Source of the DNA: Takakia lepidozioides
Taxonomy: Eukaryota > Plantae > Bryophyta
DNA length: 64,000 nt
Direction of reading: 5' to 3'
Assembly (NCBI GenBank): GCA_030704615.1
Contig: CM060732.1
Location: 46,438,001 to 46,502,000 of the forward strand
Each line of letters begins with the position of its first letter. The first letter of the stretch is position 1. Below are positions 13,001 to 25,000 of the stretch, in pieces. The notes below the pieces were generated by a model that saw only the letters and a list, made by a program, of their open reading frames with translations, did no database searches and was not told the origin of the DNA. The translations under genes were made by a program, and so were the position numbers.

Positions 13001-16000
13001 CCAACCCCTATTTAGAGCTAGAGGGGCGACGTTCGTGCTCCCGGACAATTACCCTCCCATCTCAGTACACGGCATAGTGCCCTTGAGCTCGAGCTTGCTT
13101 AACCTGCAAGAGTTGCGCCCGCATGGCGTTGTATTGCAAAGGGGTCAAGTCATCGTTGAGGTACATACCCTGACCTCTCAATTGAGGCCTCTGCCTGAGG
13201 ACTCTATCACGAGCACCCTTGTCCTTGAATCTAATGAAGAGGACTTTGTGCTCTGAAGATCCTGCACGCCAAGCCCTTTCAATGCCACTCGCACCCCGTG
13301 GGAGAGCAAGGTTTTGCTGAATAAGGCTGGTGGCAGCGTCAAGAGGGTCCCCCTCAGCAAGGCCCCCTAGCTTCCCAGTGACCCTGATGTTAAGAAAGAA
13401 ACAAGAAAGAGAGAGGGGCCACAAGCAGCTCAAAAGCAACTATAGCTGGAGGGTTTGTCTAAGAGTCAAGCTTCAGGCAGGTAAGCTGCCAAGCATTTAT
13501 TGTCCCTCCAAGAGAGATTGGGTATCTGGGAGTACACAGTTGAATCTCCCACAGATCTCATAGTATAAAGGGCAGTGAAAGAAGAAGTGTTCTTCACTTT
13601 CGATTTCCCTGTAGTTCCCTGCTCAAGCAGGGCATAGGCATCGTCACGTTGCAAAAAGAAAGAGAAACTCTCCCCTTGGAAATAATATATGTATGGCATA
13701 GCTAATCCCCAACACCCCCCGCCCACCAAATCGGAGCCAGTAATGGGCTTTCTGCCAGCCAGGATTTATGAACCTTTGCCTGGAATAGTCATAACGCTCT
13801 TGCAGATCTGATGATAATCTGGTTACACTCAGTAGAAAGCATTAGGTTGATTCCAGCACTGCTGTATCTCCCTAGCTTGATGGGACAGATGTGACACTGT
13901 TGACTGTCATTAACTTCTAGTCAAACTGTTATGTCAAAGAGCGGGACCCCAGAGAAAAGATAAGCTGTGCCTGACCTTGCCAATCCAAAGAGTTCCCTTA
14001 TTCGCCATCAAACAGAATATAGACGTGGTAAGTCAGTTCCTTACCCTTCCATTTTCAGAGTAACCAGTCCCTATTATCAATGAGTCAAGCTCCAAGAACT
14101 TACATAAGGATTGTCAGTTTCATCGAGGATGACAAATTGACTGCCCATGCCTGGCGTACTGAAAGCAGCCAAGGATTGAGATTGCAATAAGCAGCCTCCA
14201 ACATAAGCAGCTCCCAGCTCGGTTCCCCCACAGCATTCTAGCACGGGTTTGTATCCAGCCCTTCCACTTAGCCATAAGTCATCGTCGATGCTAGATGCCT
14301 CCCCAGTTGAGCAGAAACATCTGCAATTGCATTTGAGGTTGTCAGTAGTTCTGGATACTTTCTTACCACCCGGCCTAATAAAGTCTAACGCCTGTTTGTA
14401 TCCAGCCCTACAGCTACCTGTAAGTCATTGCCGGAGCTAGATACCTACCCATCAAGCAGAAACATCCGCAACTGAGCTTGTGGTTGCAAGTCTGTCTGAT
14501 AATCTTTATCAATCATAAATTAGACTTGGTGATAAGCTCGGCACAATGATACAGCCACACGTGTCACTTGACGAGCCAGATACAACACGTATGTAGAGAA
14601 GAAAGAACAGAGCCGGAGAAGGAAAGAGGAGGGCCAGGGAGGGGAGCAGAAAGAAGGACTTTTCGATTGTTGCCAGCAGAGCAGATGGCTTGCCAGAGTG
14701 CTGCAACCATAGAAACCACACCTTTCCCCACCACCTCCCTCTCTCACAGAAACTTGCGTAAGCGAACAGACATAACCATACAGGGCAAAGGACAAAAACA
14801 TGTGTAGTAGACAGGAAAGTGACGAACCGAATACGGGACCAATCAAGTGAGGCCATACAGTCAGTGCTCTTCCAAGTCTTCACCAGACTAGGTACTGTAC
14901 CTAGCATTGTCACCCCCGCATCCTATATCATCACATGCAGAGGATAAGTCAGGGAAAGCACCACCTCCAAATTCAGCTGTGATTTAAGTTATCTAACTTC
15001 ATAGATATTGATAGACTTCGGTGCTTATATCTATGTGGAGCCAGATTGTACTCATAAGACGTTGTTTGCCGTAGCCTTGTGGCCATTGACCCTGCGCCCC
15101 GTTTGAGCGGAAACAAAAGGGACAGAACCTACCTCTGTCAGGGGCTGACGTTGGTAGTAAGACTTACCTTCATATATAGAATTAATCCGGGTTTTCCAGA
15201 TATCCTCTAGAAATCCCTTCACACAAGCTTCAATCTGCTGTCTGTGATTTGCCCAAAAACTAGGCCTCAGGAGGGCGTGGGCTTTTGGCTCAGCCTCAAG
15301 ACTTTCAAAGTTGGTAAACAGAGGTACAGGCACAATTCCCTTGATAGATTTGAAGAGAGCGTCTCTTTGGTGAGAGAACCCCGGACAGTGTATCAGAAAA
15401 TGAATACTGTCTTCAGGTTGCCCACACAACGGGCAATTGCACTCTCCCTTTCCTCTCTGCTTCTGTTTGCTGTTCAAAGGTAGGCTTCCTGCCCTGAGTT
15501 TAAATTTCAGTCTAGTGCCGAGAGTGGATAGACCCTTGAGATCATCCAAGATGTCCTCCCCCATGTCACTGACTGGAAACAAGTTCAGGGAAGTTTTCTG
15601 CCTAACTTCATTTTCATCAGACAATCTCATGGCAACAGACATGGCTTTTCAGATTTATCCAGCAGGGTCAAGACTTGCGGTTCCAGGTCCAGGTCCTTGA
15701 GAATCTCTTCTACTCTCTTCTGCCAGGACTTAACCTATTTGACAGGGTGGTCCTGTTTCCAAGATATAGAGTCGATTATGTGGAGCCAGAGACTTCTGCG
15801 AGAGAGAGAGAGAGAGAGAGAGGGATGCAAGACTCAGGCCAATATAGAAACTTACCACGAAGAACACAGATAGGAAGAGAACCAAGGAAATTTCAAACCT
15901 GTATGAATTTCCCAAAGCCTCGGCCATGTGGAGCACCATTGTAAAGAGCTAGGGCTGCTCCATTAAGAAAGGAGGCATAAATGATGAAGGGCCCCATCAT

Positions 16001-19000
16001 CCATCCCAGATTAGTTGGCCAAGCCAGCACATCCCCATATCGTGCATCCTGGTGGGCCCAGGCATCTGCAGCACATCGAAGTGGTGTTGCATGTGTCCAA
16101 GGAATCGCCTTTGGTTCCCCTGATAATGCCATATCCCCAATCCACAATGACTCTCAGCTTGAGGCTGAAGAATTAGGATTCATATATTTTAGGTTGAGGA
16201 CAAGGAGCATCTACGAAGGAAGCAATTTGATCAAGGAGGAATTATATCACAATCGTATAGTCTTGAGCTGAGTTGTTAATTTCTTCTGTCTCTCCCTTTT
16301 CCATTTCTCATTTCTTATACTTTCCCTTCTCCCACACCCTTTCTGCTTGTTCAAACCAGTTGCAGTATCTTCAATTTGACTACTAGTGGGCACACATTCC
16401 CCCAGACTATGTCATGCACTACTCGATGATCTCGATAAGGTCCATGGCTGCAAATGGAAGCATGTTTCTCACAATGTGGGTGGTCTGTTTGTGGTCCCCC
16501 TCCTCTATTTACCTCTTATTATTGGCCCTGTTCTCGCACACCCTTTCAGCTTTGTTCAAACTCATCATCCTTCCTGTGGACGCAATTATTTTTTCCCTCT
16601 CTTTGTCTCTTGCCAGCACCTGCAGCACCTATGACAGACTCGACATATCCTACTTCACATCTTGTACCACTGACCCGTAGTGCCGGATGAAAAGAGGACA
16701 TTGGAATATGCTTCAACAGGTTGTGCCACTGCCTTGAACTCATCTGGCCTGCCATTTCACAAGTCATTTTTTCTTGAAATTGGGAATCCCTGTGAGTTTG
16801 CTCCAATAAGGATACCCACCAGTCAGCATGACATCAACATATAAAGAGAGAAAATCATGACCAGTGCAATTTACCTCACTTGGTTCAGGTTTTATTAAAC
16901 TCAGCCAGCAGAAAAATATCCACACGCAACTACTGAGAAAGCTCTGTTCAGACAAATTTTACCTGCTTTTATGATTGCCATGGGCCAAAAGATCATCCCA
17001 AGAGAGATCCCCTTCCCTCAATGGCACACCTATTGATTTTCCATCTGCAGGAACAACAATCGCTAATGGTGCATGGGCCTCCAGGACGCGGCTGCAAACA
17101 ACCATTGCGACAGCAAGGAACCACATTGAATTTCAGTGGATGATTGTAGAGGATAATGGAAACAATTCCAGAGGCTTAGGAGAACTATCTGGAATGCCAA
17201 AGTCTCTCTCTTTCCCATAGGCCCTCATCGCCCTGTGGATATTTTCTCTCTCTAAAAAAGTTAGGCACAAAAAGTCCGTGAACCCGTTTCCAGTCTGTGA
17301 CATGGGTGAGGACCTTAAGGATGACCTGAAGGGCCTACCTATCCTCGGCACTGGACTGAAATTTAAAATCAGGGCGGGGAGCCTACCTTTGAACAATAAA
17401 CAGATGCAGAGGAAAGGGAGGTTGTGAAAGCCTGATGTGCAGACAATATCTATTTTCTGAGACAACGTCCGGGATACTCTCATCAGAGAGGACCCTCTTC
17501 AAGTACATCAGGAACACAGTCCCTGCACCTCAGTTTCTGTTTGTGTTCCGCTCAAACTGGGAGCGGGGTCAATGGCCACAAGGCTACGGCAAACAACGTC
17601 TTATGAGTACATTCTCCTTGCGACCTCATGTCTTGGTTTGTTTTGACCTGAAGCAATCTGCTTTGGGTAAGGTAGTACATTGGATTTAGTTGGAGAGTCT
17701 GGGGCCTCTCCCTCTTTAGAACATGTCTACGCGGGCCATTCCCTGCAGCTCCTTTGGAGTGGTGATCTCTGAATGGTAACAAGCGGACCCCTACCGCTTG
17801 GGGGCAGCCCCTCCGCCCAAAATGGGCAGTTGCATGCTCTGTCTAGCATGCTCGGCACTTGGGCTAGGGTTGGTCCTTGTGCTTAAACTTACAGCCTGCA
17901 AATACAGAAAAAATATTTGGTCACTCTGATAATAACACTACTCAGGGTGATTCCTGGGAAATGGTTACTTATGCCAAATCTAGAGCTTCATGTGTAGTTT
18001 TTGGGGTGAATCCCAGGATGGACGATGTGTCCTTTAAAACTACCTGCTCCAGCTTAGGCTTGGATTATGTGGCTAATGGCACCATCTCAAGATTGGATAA
18101 CAGAGGTACTTTGAAGGTTTCATTGCCTAAATCTGCTACAAATAGAATCCCACATCAAATCAGCTTCAAAGAAATTCGCCACTTGACTGGTTGGAGGGCG
18201 GTCTTAGACATTGGTGATTCAATGAGGCACTCTAGGAAGACAGTCAAGTGTGGGGACTTCAACTTGAAAGTTTCTAACCGGTTTGAAACCCTGGAAGAGA
18301 TTGACACCAAGCAGCCAAGGCTGAGCGTCAGGAACCTGAAGGATTTGGCACTCTGAATGGATCGCCAATCCTTAAGGTTTACTCTAGAAGAATTAAATCT
18401 TCGCCTGAAGGATTTGGCACTCTGAATGGTTTGCCAATCCTTAAGGTTTACTCTAGAAGAATTAAATCTTCGCCTGAAGGATTTGGCACTGTGCATGGTT
18501 TGCCAATCCTTAAGGTTTACTCTAGACGCCCAAAATCTACACATGGGGCAACTGATCCCCCTTTGCAGAGCGGTTGGTCGTCCAGGAGCAATCATAGGCT
18601 CCCTAGACGGCAAACAATCCATATGCAAAAGGCTGGCTTGCGGCTGGGCTCTTTCAACTTCTCGGGGTTGACTATCCAAAGGAAACAATTTGAAGTGGGA
18701 CAAGTTCTTCAGTCAAATGGTATTCATATTTGTGCTGGGCAAGAGACATGGGAAACTTCGGACAAACTGGTTGGAGATGTCAACGGCTACCGTTGGTTTG
18801 GCAAGATGTGTGCGCTTAAGGTGACCTCTGCCAAGCGGGGGCAAAAAGGTGTTGGCTTCTTTGTCCGAGATTTCTTGTGTGACAATTGTGAAATTATCAA
18901 CAAGGATTTGCGGTATGAGCACAGTATCTGGTTGAAACTGAAATTGAAGGGCAGCGTGAGTAGGAAGGACCTCTTTGTGGGATGTGTTTACATGCCCACA

Positions 19001-22000
19001 GAGGGGACCCTTAGTGCTGACGCAGATAAAGCCTTCGAAGACGTAAAGCTGGACTGTGCTAAGTTCCTTGCCAAGGGTCAGGTGGTCTTACTGGGTGACT
19101 TCAATGCCCGGGTGGGTAAAGGTCTTCACCAGGATGATATCATCGGACCATTTGGTGAGGACGAGCTGAACTCTAATGGAAGACGGTTAATTAACTGTCT
19201 GGAAGAGCTTCAGCTTTCAATCTGTTTCCCCAGTGTGCCAATGTGTTAATTGACAGAACTGATATTGGTACCTCTGACCACTTTCTGGTTTGGACTGAGA
19301 TCAAAAGGTGTTTCCCCAACACCAAGAGATCTGTGAAACGTTCAATCCAGAAGTGGCGCATTGAAAAATTCCGAAATGAAGAGGTCAAGGCTGAGTATGT
19401 CCAGGCCTTGCAAGAGGCTCTGCCCGACTTTGTCCATTCGCTCCAAGACCTTCAATCTCGCGCTGGCAATGCAAGAAATGAAGTTGAAAGAGCGGTGGAC
19501 TCTTGGGAGAGTTCCGTCTCTTCTGTGGCTGAAAAGATCATTGGGAGGAAACTAATTGTCTGCGGTAGAGCTGTTAATTGGTGGACCAATGAGATCAAAC
19601 TCAAGATTGCCGAGAGACGAGCCCTCTATAAAGAATGCTGCAGAATGAAAGCCAATAATGACCTTTGGGTTAGGTACTACCAGCTCCGCAAAGATATCAA
19701 TCAGCTTGTAAGGTCTCAGAAGAAACTATATTGGGATAAGTTATACGGGGAAATAAACTCAAACCACCATGGTGGTAATGACAAGAAATTCTGGTTGGCC
19801 CTTCAACGTCTGTACAAGCCGAAAAATTGTCAGCAAGTACAAGCACTGAGGACCCCTAAGGGTGCAGTGGTGACTTCAACGGCTGACATTGTCAACACCT
19901 TTGAAACCCACTACAGTACACTTGGCAGAAATTCTAGTTCTAGCAGCGAGGGGTTTTCTGAAGAATGGAATGACACAGTAGAAAGAACTGTGTCTATGAT
20001 TCAAGACAGCCCTGATGAACTTGAGTATATTTCCAAGGGTTATAACGCTCCCATTAGTTCCTCTGAGATTGCGGAAGCAATTGAGCATCTAAACGGATAC
20101 AAAGCTGGTGGCCCTGATGGCATTGTCAATGAGCTTATCAAGCATGGTGGTGACCCTATGATAGAGGCCCTTGTTCTTCTCTTTAACCTTATATGGAGGA
20201 CTGAAATTACCGCCTTTCGCTGGCGGCAGGGGGTCATTGTCAATTTATATAAGAAAGGTGACAGAGAAGAGCCGGGTAACTATCGGGGCATCACGCTTCT
20301 TAATGCAGTTGGCAAGATATTCTGCAGAGTTATAAGTACTCGACTCGAGGTTGATCTGGAGTCCAGAGGTTGTTTCCATGAAGGCCAAGCTGGCTTTCGG
20401 CGAAACAGGGGCTGCGTGGATCATATCTTCACACTCAGCCAGATTATCCAGGGAAGGAAAAAAGAAGGGAAACCTACTTTTGTCCTTTTCCTGGATGTCA
20501 AAAAGGCCTATGACACTGTGTGGAGAGACGGTCTATGGCTCCGACTCTGGTCTTCCGGGATCAAGGGAAAGATGTGGAGAGTGGTCCATAACTTGTATGC
20601 TCACACTAAAAGCTGTGTCACTGTAAATGGACAGAAGTATAATTTCCTTGACATAGACCAAGGTGTAGCTCAAGGATGTACCCTCTCCCCTCTGCTCTTC
20701 AATGTTTTCATCAATCAACTACTGGAGGATGTGGAAAGTGAGGGATTTGGCTTAAGGGTGGGTGATGCCACCATACCAGCCCTTATGTTTGCGGATGACT
20801 TCGCAGGCATAGGGGAGACTCCTTCCAACCTCCAGGGGCTGATAGATTGCGCGAAGAGATACTTTGATCTTTGGGGGCTAGAGGCCAATGTCAGTAAATG
20901 CGCAGTGGTGGCATTCAACGACCGGGGGGAAGGAGGAGGCGATTTCAAGTGGCAGTGGGGAAGCCAAGAGATCCCTGTTCTCCCCTCCTACACCTATCTT
21001 GGCGTTGAGTTTTCCTCCAACTGTAATTGGGAAGCACATATTCAAAGAGTGGTTCAATCTGGCAAACGCAAAGCGCTGGGTCTCACAAACCATGCTTCGT
21101 TATCAGGCCAGCCTTGGAGTATGCATCTGCTGTATGGGTTGATAACTCCAACCAGGCTAAGTCTCTTGAATCCATCCAAGTCGGGGTGCTCAAGGAGTGC
21201 ATGTCAGCATGCTCCAAAACAGCTAATGTGGCTGTTCGGGGTGGGTTTGGCATTCCTCCCTTAAGCTCCCGACGCGATGAATTCAAAATCAGATGGTGGG
21301 GTCAGCTGCAACGTATGGCTAATACCAGATATCCTAAGTTAATCGACTCTATATCTTGGAAACAGGACCGCCCTGTCAAACAAGCTAAGTCCTGGCAGAA
21401 GAGAGTAGAAGAGATCCTCAAGGACCTGGACCTGGATCCGCAAGTCTTGACCCTGCTGGATAAATCTGAGAGATTTAATCTGACTTACCTGGGTACTCTC
21501 ACCAACGGGACACCCTCTTCAATTCCATCAAGGAATTTGTGCCTGTACCTCTGTTTAACAACTTTGAAAATCTTGAGGCTGAGCCAAAAGCCCAGGCCCT
21601 TTTGGGTCTAGCTATTGGGCAAATCAAACACATCAGATTGATGCTTGTGTGAAGGGATTTCTGGAGGATATCTGGAAATCTCAGATCAACTGTTTATTCC
21701 AAGGTAAATCATACTACCGGCGTCAGCCCCTGACAAAGGTAGTTTCTGTCCCTTTATGTTCCGTTCAAACTGGGCGCTGGGTCAATGGCCACAAGGCTAC
21801 GGCAAACAATGTCTTATGAGTACAATCTCTGTGTAATACTGTTAAAAGCAGCACATATATGTTTCTTATATTTCTCTTAGGAGAAATTTGATAGTCTATT
21901 TTGGATTATCCTTTCTTATGCCAAAGTGGAATTAAGGCTTAGTGCCTTCCTCTATCTGCTACTACATACATGGTCTGTGAAGACAGAAAGGAGAATGGTA

Positions 22001-25000
22001 CGTCCATGCAGGTTCCTAATGAACCAACATGACATTTGATGGCGAACTAATCCTTGATATCTTGTGCTAGGCCCTGTAGCAGCAGCATACTGGAGTATAT
22101 GTGTACACCTTCTACATGAGCCGGTCAATGTACATTGCTCTTCTGCCTGGTCTACTGTAGCCAATGCCCTGTGTCAGCCTGAAAATGAGAACAAAGTTAG
22201 TACCAGCCACTTGACTCTTGATTAGGTCGAGTCAATGGCACTCCTTACTTCCAGCCACTTGACTCTAAAAAGTAGAATCAGTGGGTAATGTTGTATAAGC
22301 TACTAATATTCACTATATGAACAAGGGAATTATGACAGAAAACACTACTTCTGTCACACTCTTCTGACCTAGAGAGGCCTCTAGACTTTCTTCTTGGCTT
22401 TATCATTCTGCAGTACCAGTGGTGTTGGCTCCAGCTTTGCTGACGATGTCGCACCCCCTTCCTACACAAACGCTTCAGGTGGTGGTGGCTAATTGATCTA
22501 CTCCTATGACACCCTTGCATGGTTGTACCCAAGTGGGGTTTATGCTCTGATATTGGACATTATACTACTGGTTCATTTTGGAATGGTATCCAAGAGGGCC
22601 TGCAATTCAATTCACACATCCTCACGAACCCACATCACATGCTTGTGGTGTGTTTTGGGAGGGGTGCAGGTGAGGCCTCTCTTCTTCTATGAATTTTTGG
22701 GTTTTTCTCTGAAAACACAGAGCTGGATATGGAGTTGTTTGCAGATATAACAACAGCGGGTTGCCCTATCCAGGGATCTAACCTATACTCTGAGAATTTT
22801 CCAATCCCTTTTTGATCAAGTTTCCTGCAAACCATATGCGTGACAAGTTTGCAATGACTTGATAGAGGTGTTGTTTGAAAACAAAATGCAATACAATGAT
22901 GCTTTGACATAACAGCTATTCACATTACACAGAGCTATCTCCTACCCTCTATCATGGAGCAGTATAACCATTCATGAAAAACCATGAACCATTCTGCCTA
23001 TCTCTGTGGCAAATCTAAGATGGCAGAGAAACCTGTATTGGATCATATACAATTACACCACTACCCACCCCGATCACCTCTATGCGCCAAGGTTTGGAGG
23101 GAACGGCATGAGTACATTCCCTCTCTTATTCTTGTGGTTGGGCTGGCCCAGGTGCTCTGTTCTTTACGATGTTTCTGTCCCATAAGCTCTGTGAGCTTCC
23201 CAGACGTTATTAATCTCTTCCGCCTTCAGGCCAAATGCAAGCAAATACATCTGCGGCATCCCCCGACCAAAAAGTGGCTGTTTGACACCGTCGTCAGCCC
23301 TGCTACCATCTATGGTTGTGAGTTCTGGGCACCTGGTGTCCCTGTCTCCTGGTGGGAAAAGAATTTGGAACCATTACAGTCATCTTTTCTCCAAGCAGTG
23401 CGCCAGGAGCACAACTCCATCTCAGATCCTAGGTGCAGAGTTCGCATGTGTACCATTGCAATCCGAGGCCCTCTTCAGGCTTACAATCTTTCTCCATAGA
23501 TTGCAGGCCCTTCCACCCAAAGGGCTAGTGGCAAGGGCCCTCACAACATCTATGAGGCTCAAAGCTGCAGGTTTCAGGAACTCCTGGTATGCTCGAGTGG
23601 ACAGTTTATTTCAACGTAACGGACTTTCTACTGCTTTCCTATTACCAATGAACCCAGATGAGGTGGACATCACATCCAGACATGACCGCAACAGACTCAT
23701 TAGGAGAGAGCTTATGGAATTACATGTCAAGAGAACTTGGAAGCTACCCAATCTCACGACAAAGCTCCACTTCTATCGAGAGACATTCTTGGTGCTCCGC
23801 GATGATAGAATCTTGAGACCAAATTACCTTTCAGCACCCTTATCTCCTTCCCTCCTGAGGGCATTGGGGCGGTTCAGGGTGGGTTCCCACAACCTACGGA
23901 TAGAGACTGGCAGATGGGAAAACTTGCAACGGGAGGACCGCCTATGTCCAGCTTGCATAGGGCGCAGCAAGGAAATTGAAACTGAAGAACACTTCTTCTT
24001 CTACTGCCCTCTATACTACGAGATCCGTGGGAGATTCCACTGTTTATTCAGTGGAACCCAAACTCTCACTGATGTCTTCCACTATGAGGATCAAAAATGC
24101 TTGGCAGCCTACCTACACGAGGCCTTCACCCTTAGACAATCGCTAGAACATTAATTGTGGTTTCTGGATTTGTTCCTCTCTCATGTTTTCTTCCATTTTG
24201 TCTCATAAGCTCTATGAGCTTTCCGCGGACGTTATAAAGCACCATTTCATTTCCTTTACTTCTTCTCTTCACTTTAAAACCCGCCTCATTCTAAGGTTAT
24301 CTCACCTGTACAGGGAGAGCTTCCTGGCTCCTCTTAGGATGTGGTCCTGTATCAAAGAAACAACCCCATGCATTAATGACCTCTCTCTCTCTCTCAAGAA
24401 CAAAGAAGGTCAACACGAAAAGGATAGCAGGAAAGAAGATAAGTATATGAGAATAAATATCAGTTCTTGAAGACTACCTGTGTAAAGATGCCCTTCGCTT
24501 TGGAGACTCGAACACGTGTGGCAATTTCCGGCGCGACAAAACTGTCTGCTATTGAGACAACAACAAAGCCCCCCCAAATGATGGCCAAGTAGGCAATGAC
24601 TGCATGCACATTCATCGGCATGTCGATCGCAATTGTATCCCCTTTCTGGAATCCGACAGCATCAAGCGCACTTGCTACACGGCTGCCTCAGCATGACGGA
24701 GAAAGATGAAAGTCAGCTTGAATGGCAAATAATATATATTGTTTACTTCCCTGCAATCAATGATAGAGAGTGTAGAAACAGAGATCCACTTATATAGCTT
24801 TGATTGCCTCCAGGTTGGACAGAGCAGAACGAGTGTTAGACAAAGAATAAAGTTGGAGAGAGACCGAGATTCGTAGAGAACCGAGGGACTCCTCAGATTG
24901 GAAAAGGGCATACCTCACTATTGCCCGAAGGTCAGCTAGAGTCAAGATCTTCACTGGCAAGTCATCCTCTCCTTCATTGCGCCACATTACTGCTATGCTG

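Noticed and set aside
15050-15150. HDV-like or hammerhead ribozyme at the LINE-A 3' end (GTT-TCCGCTCA-AAC, GGCNAA, CTTATGA)
   Set aside because: P1 and P2 pairings could not be completed, the hammerhead core is mismatched, and the variation is explained by synonymous codon changes.
18335-18530. Palindromic repeats resembling a CRISPR array
   Set aside because: Units are contiguous with no unique spacers, lie inside a LINE reading frame, and there are no cas genes.
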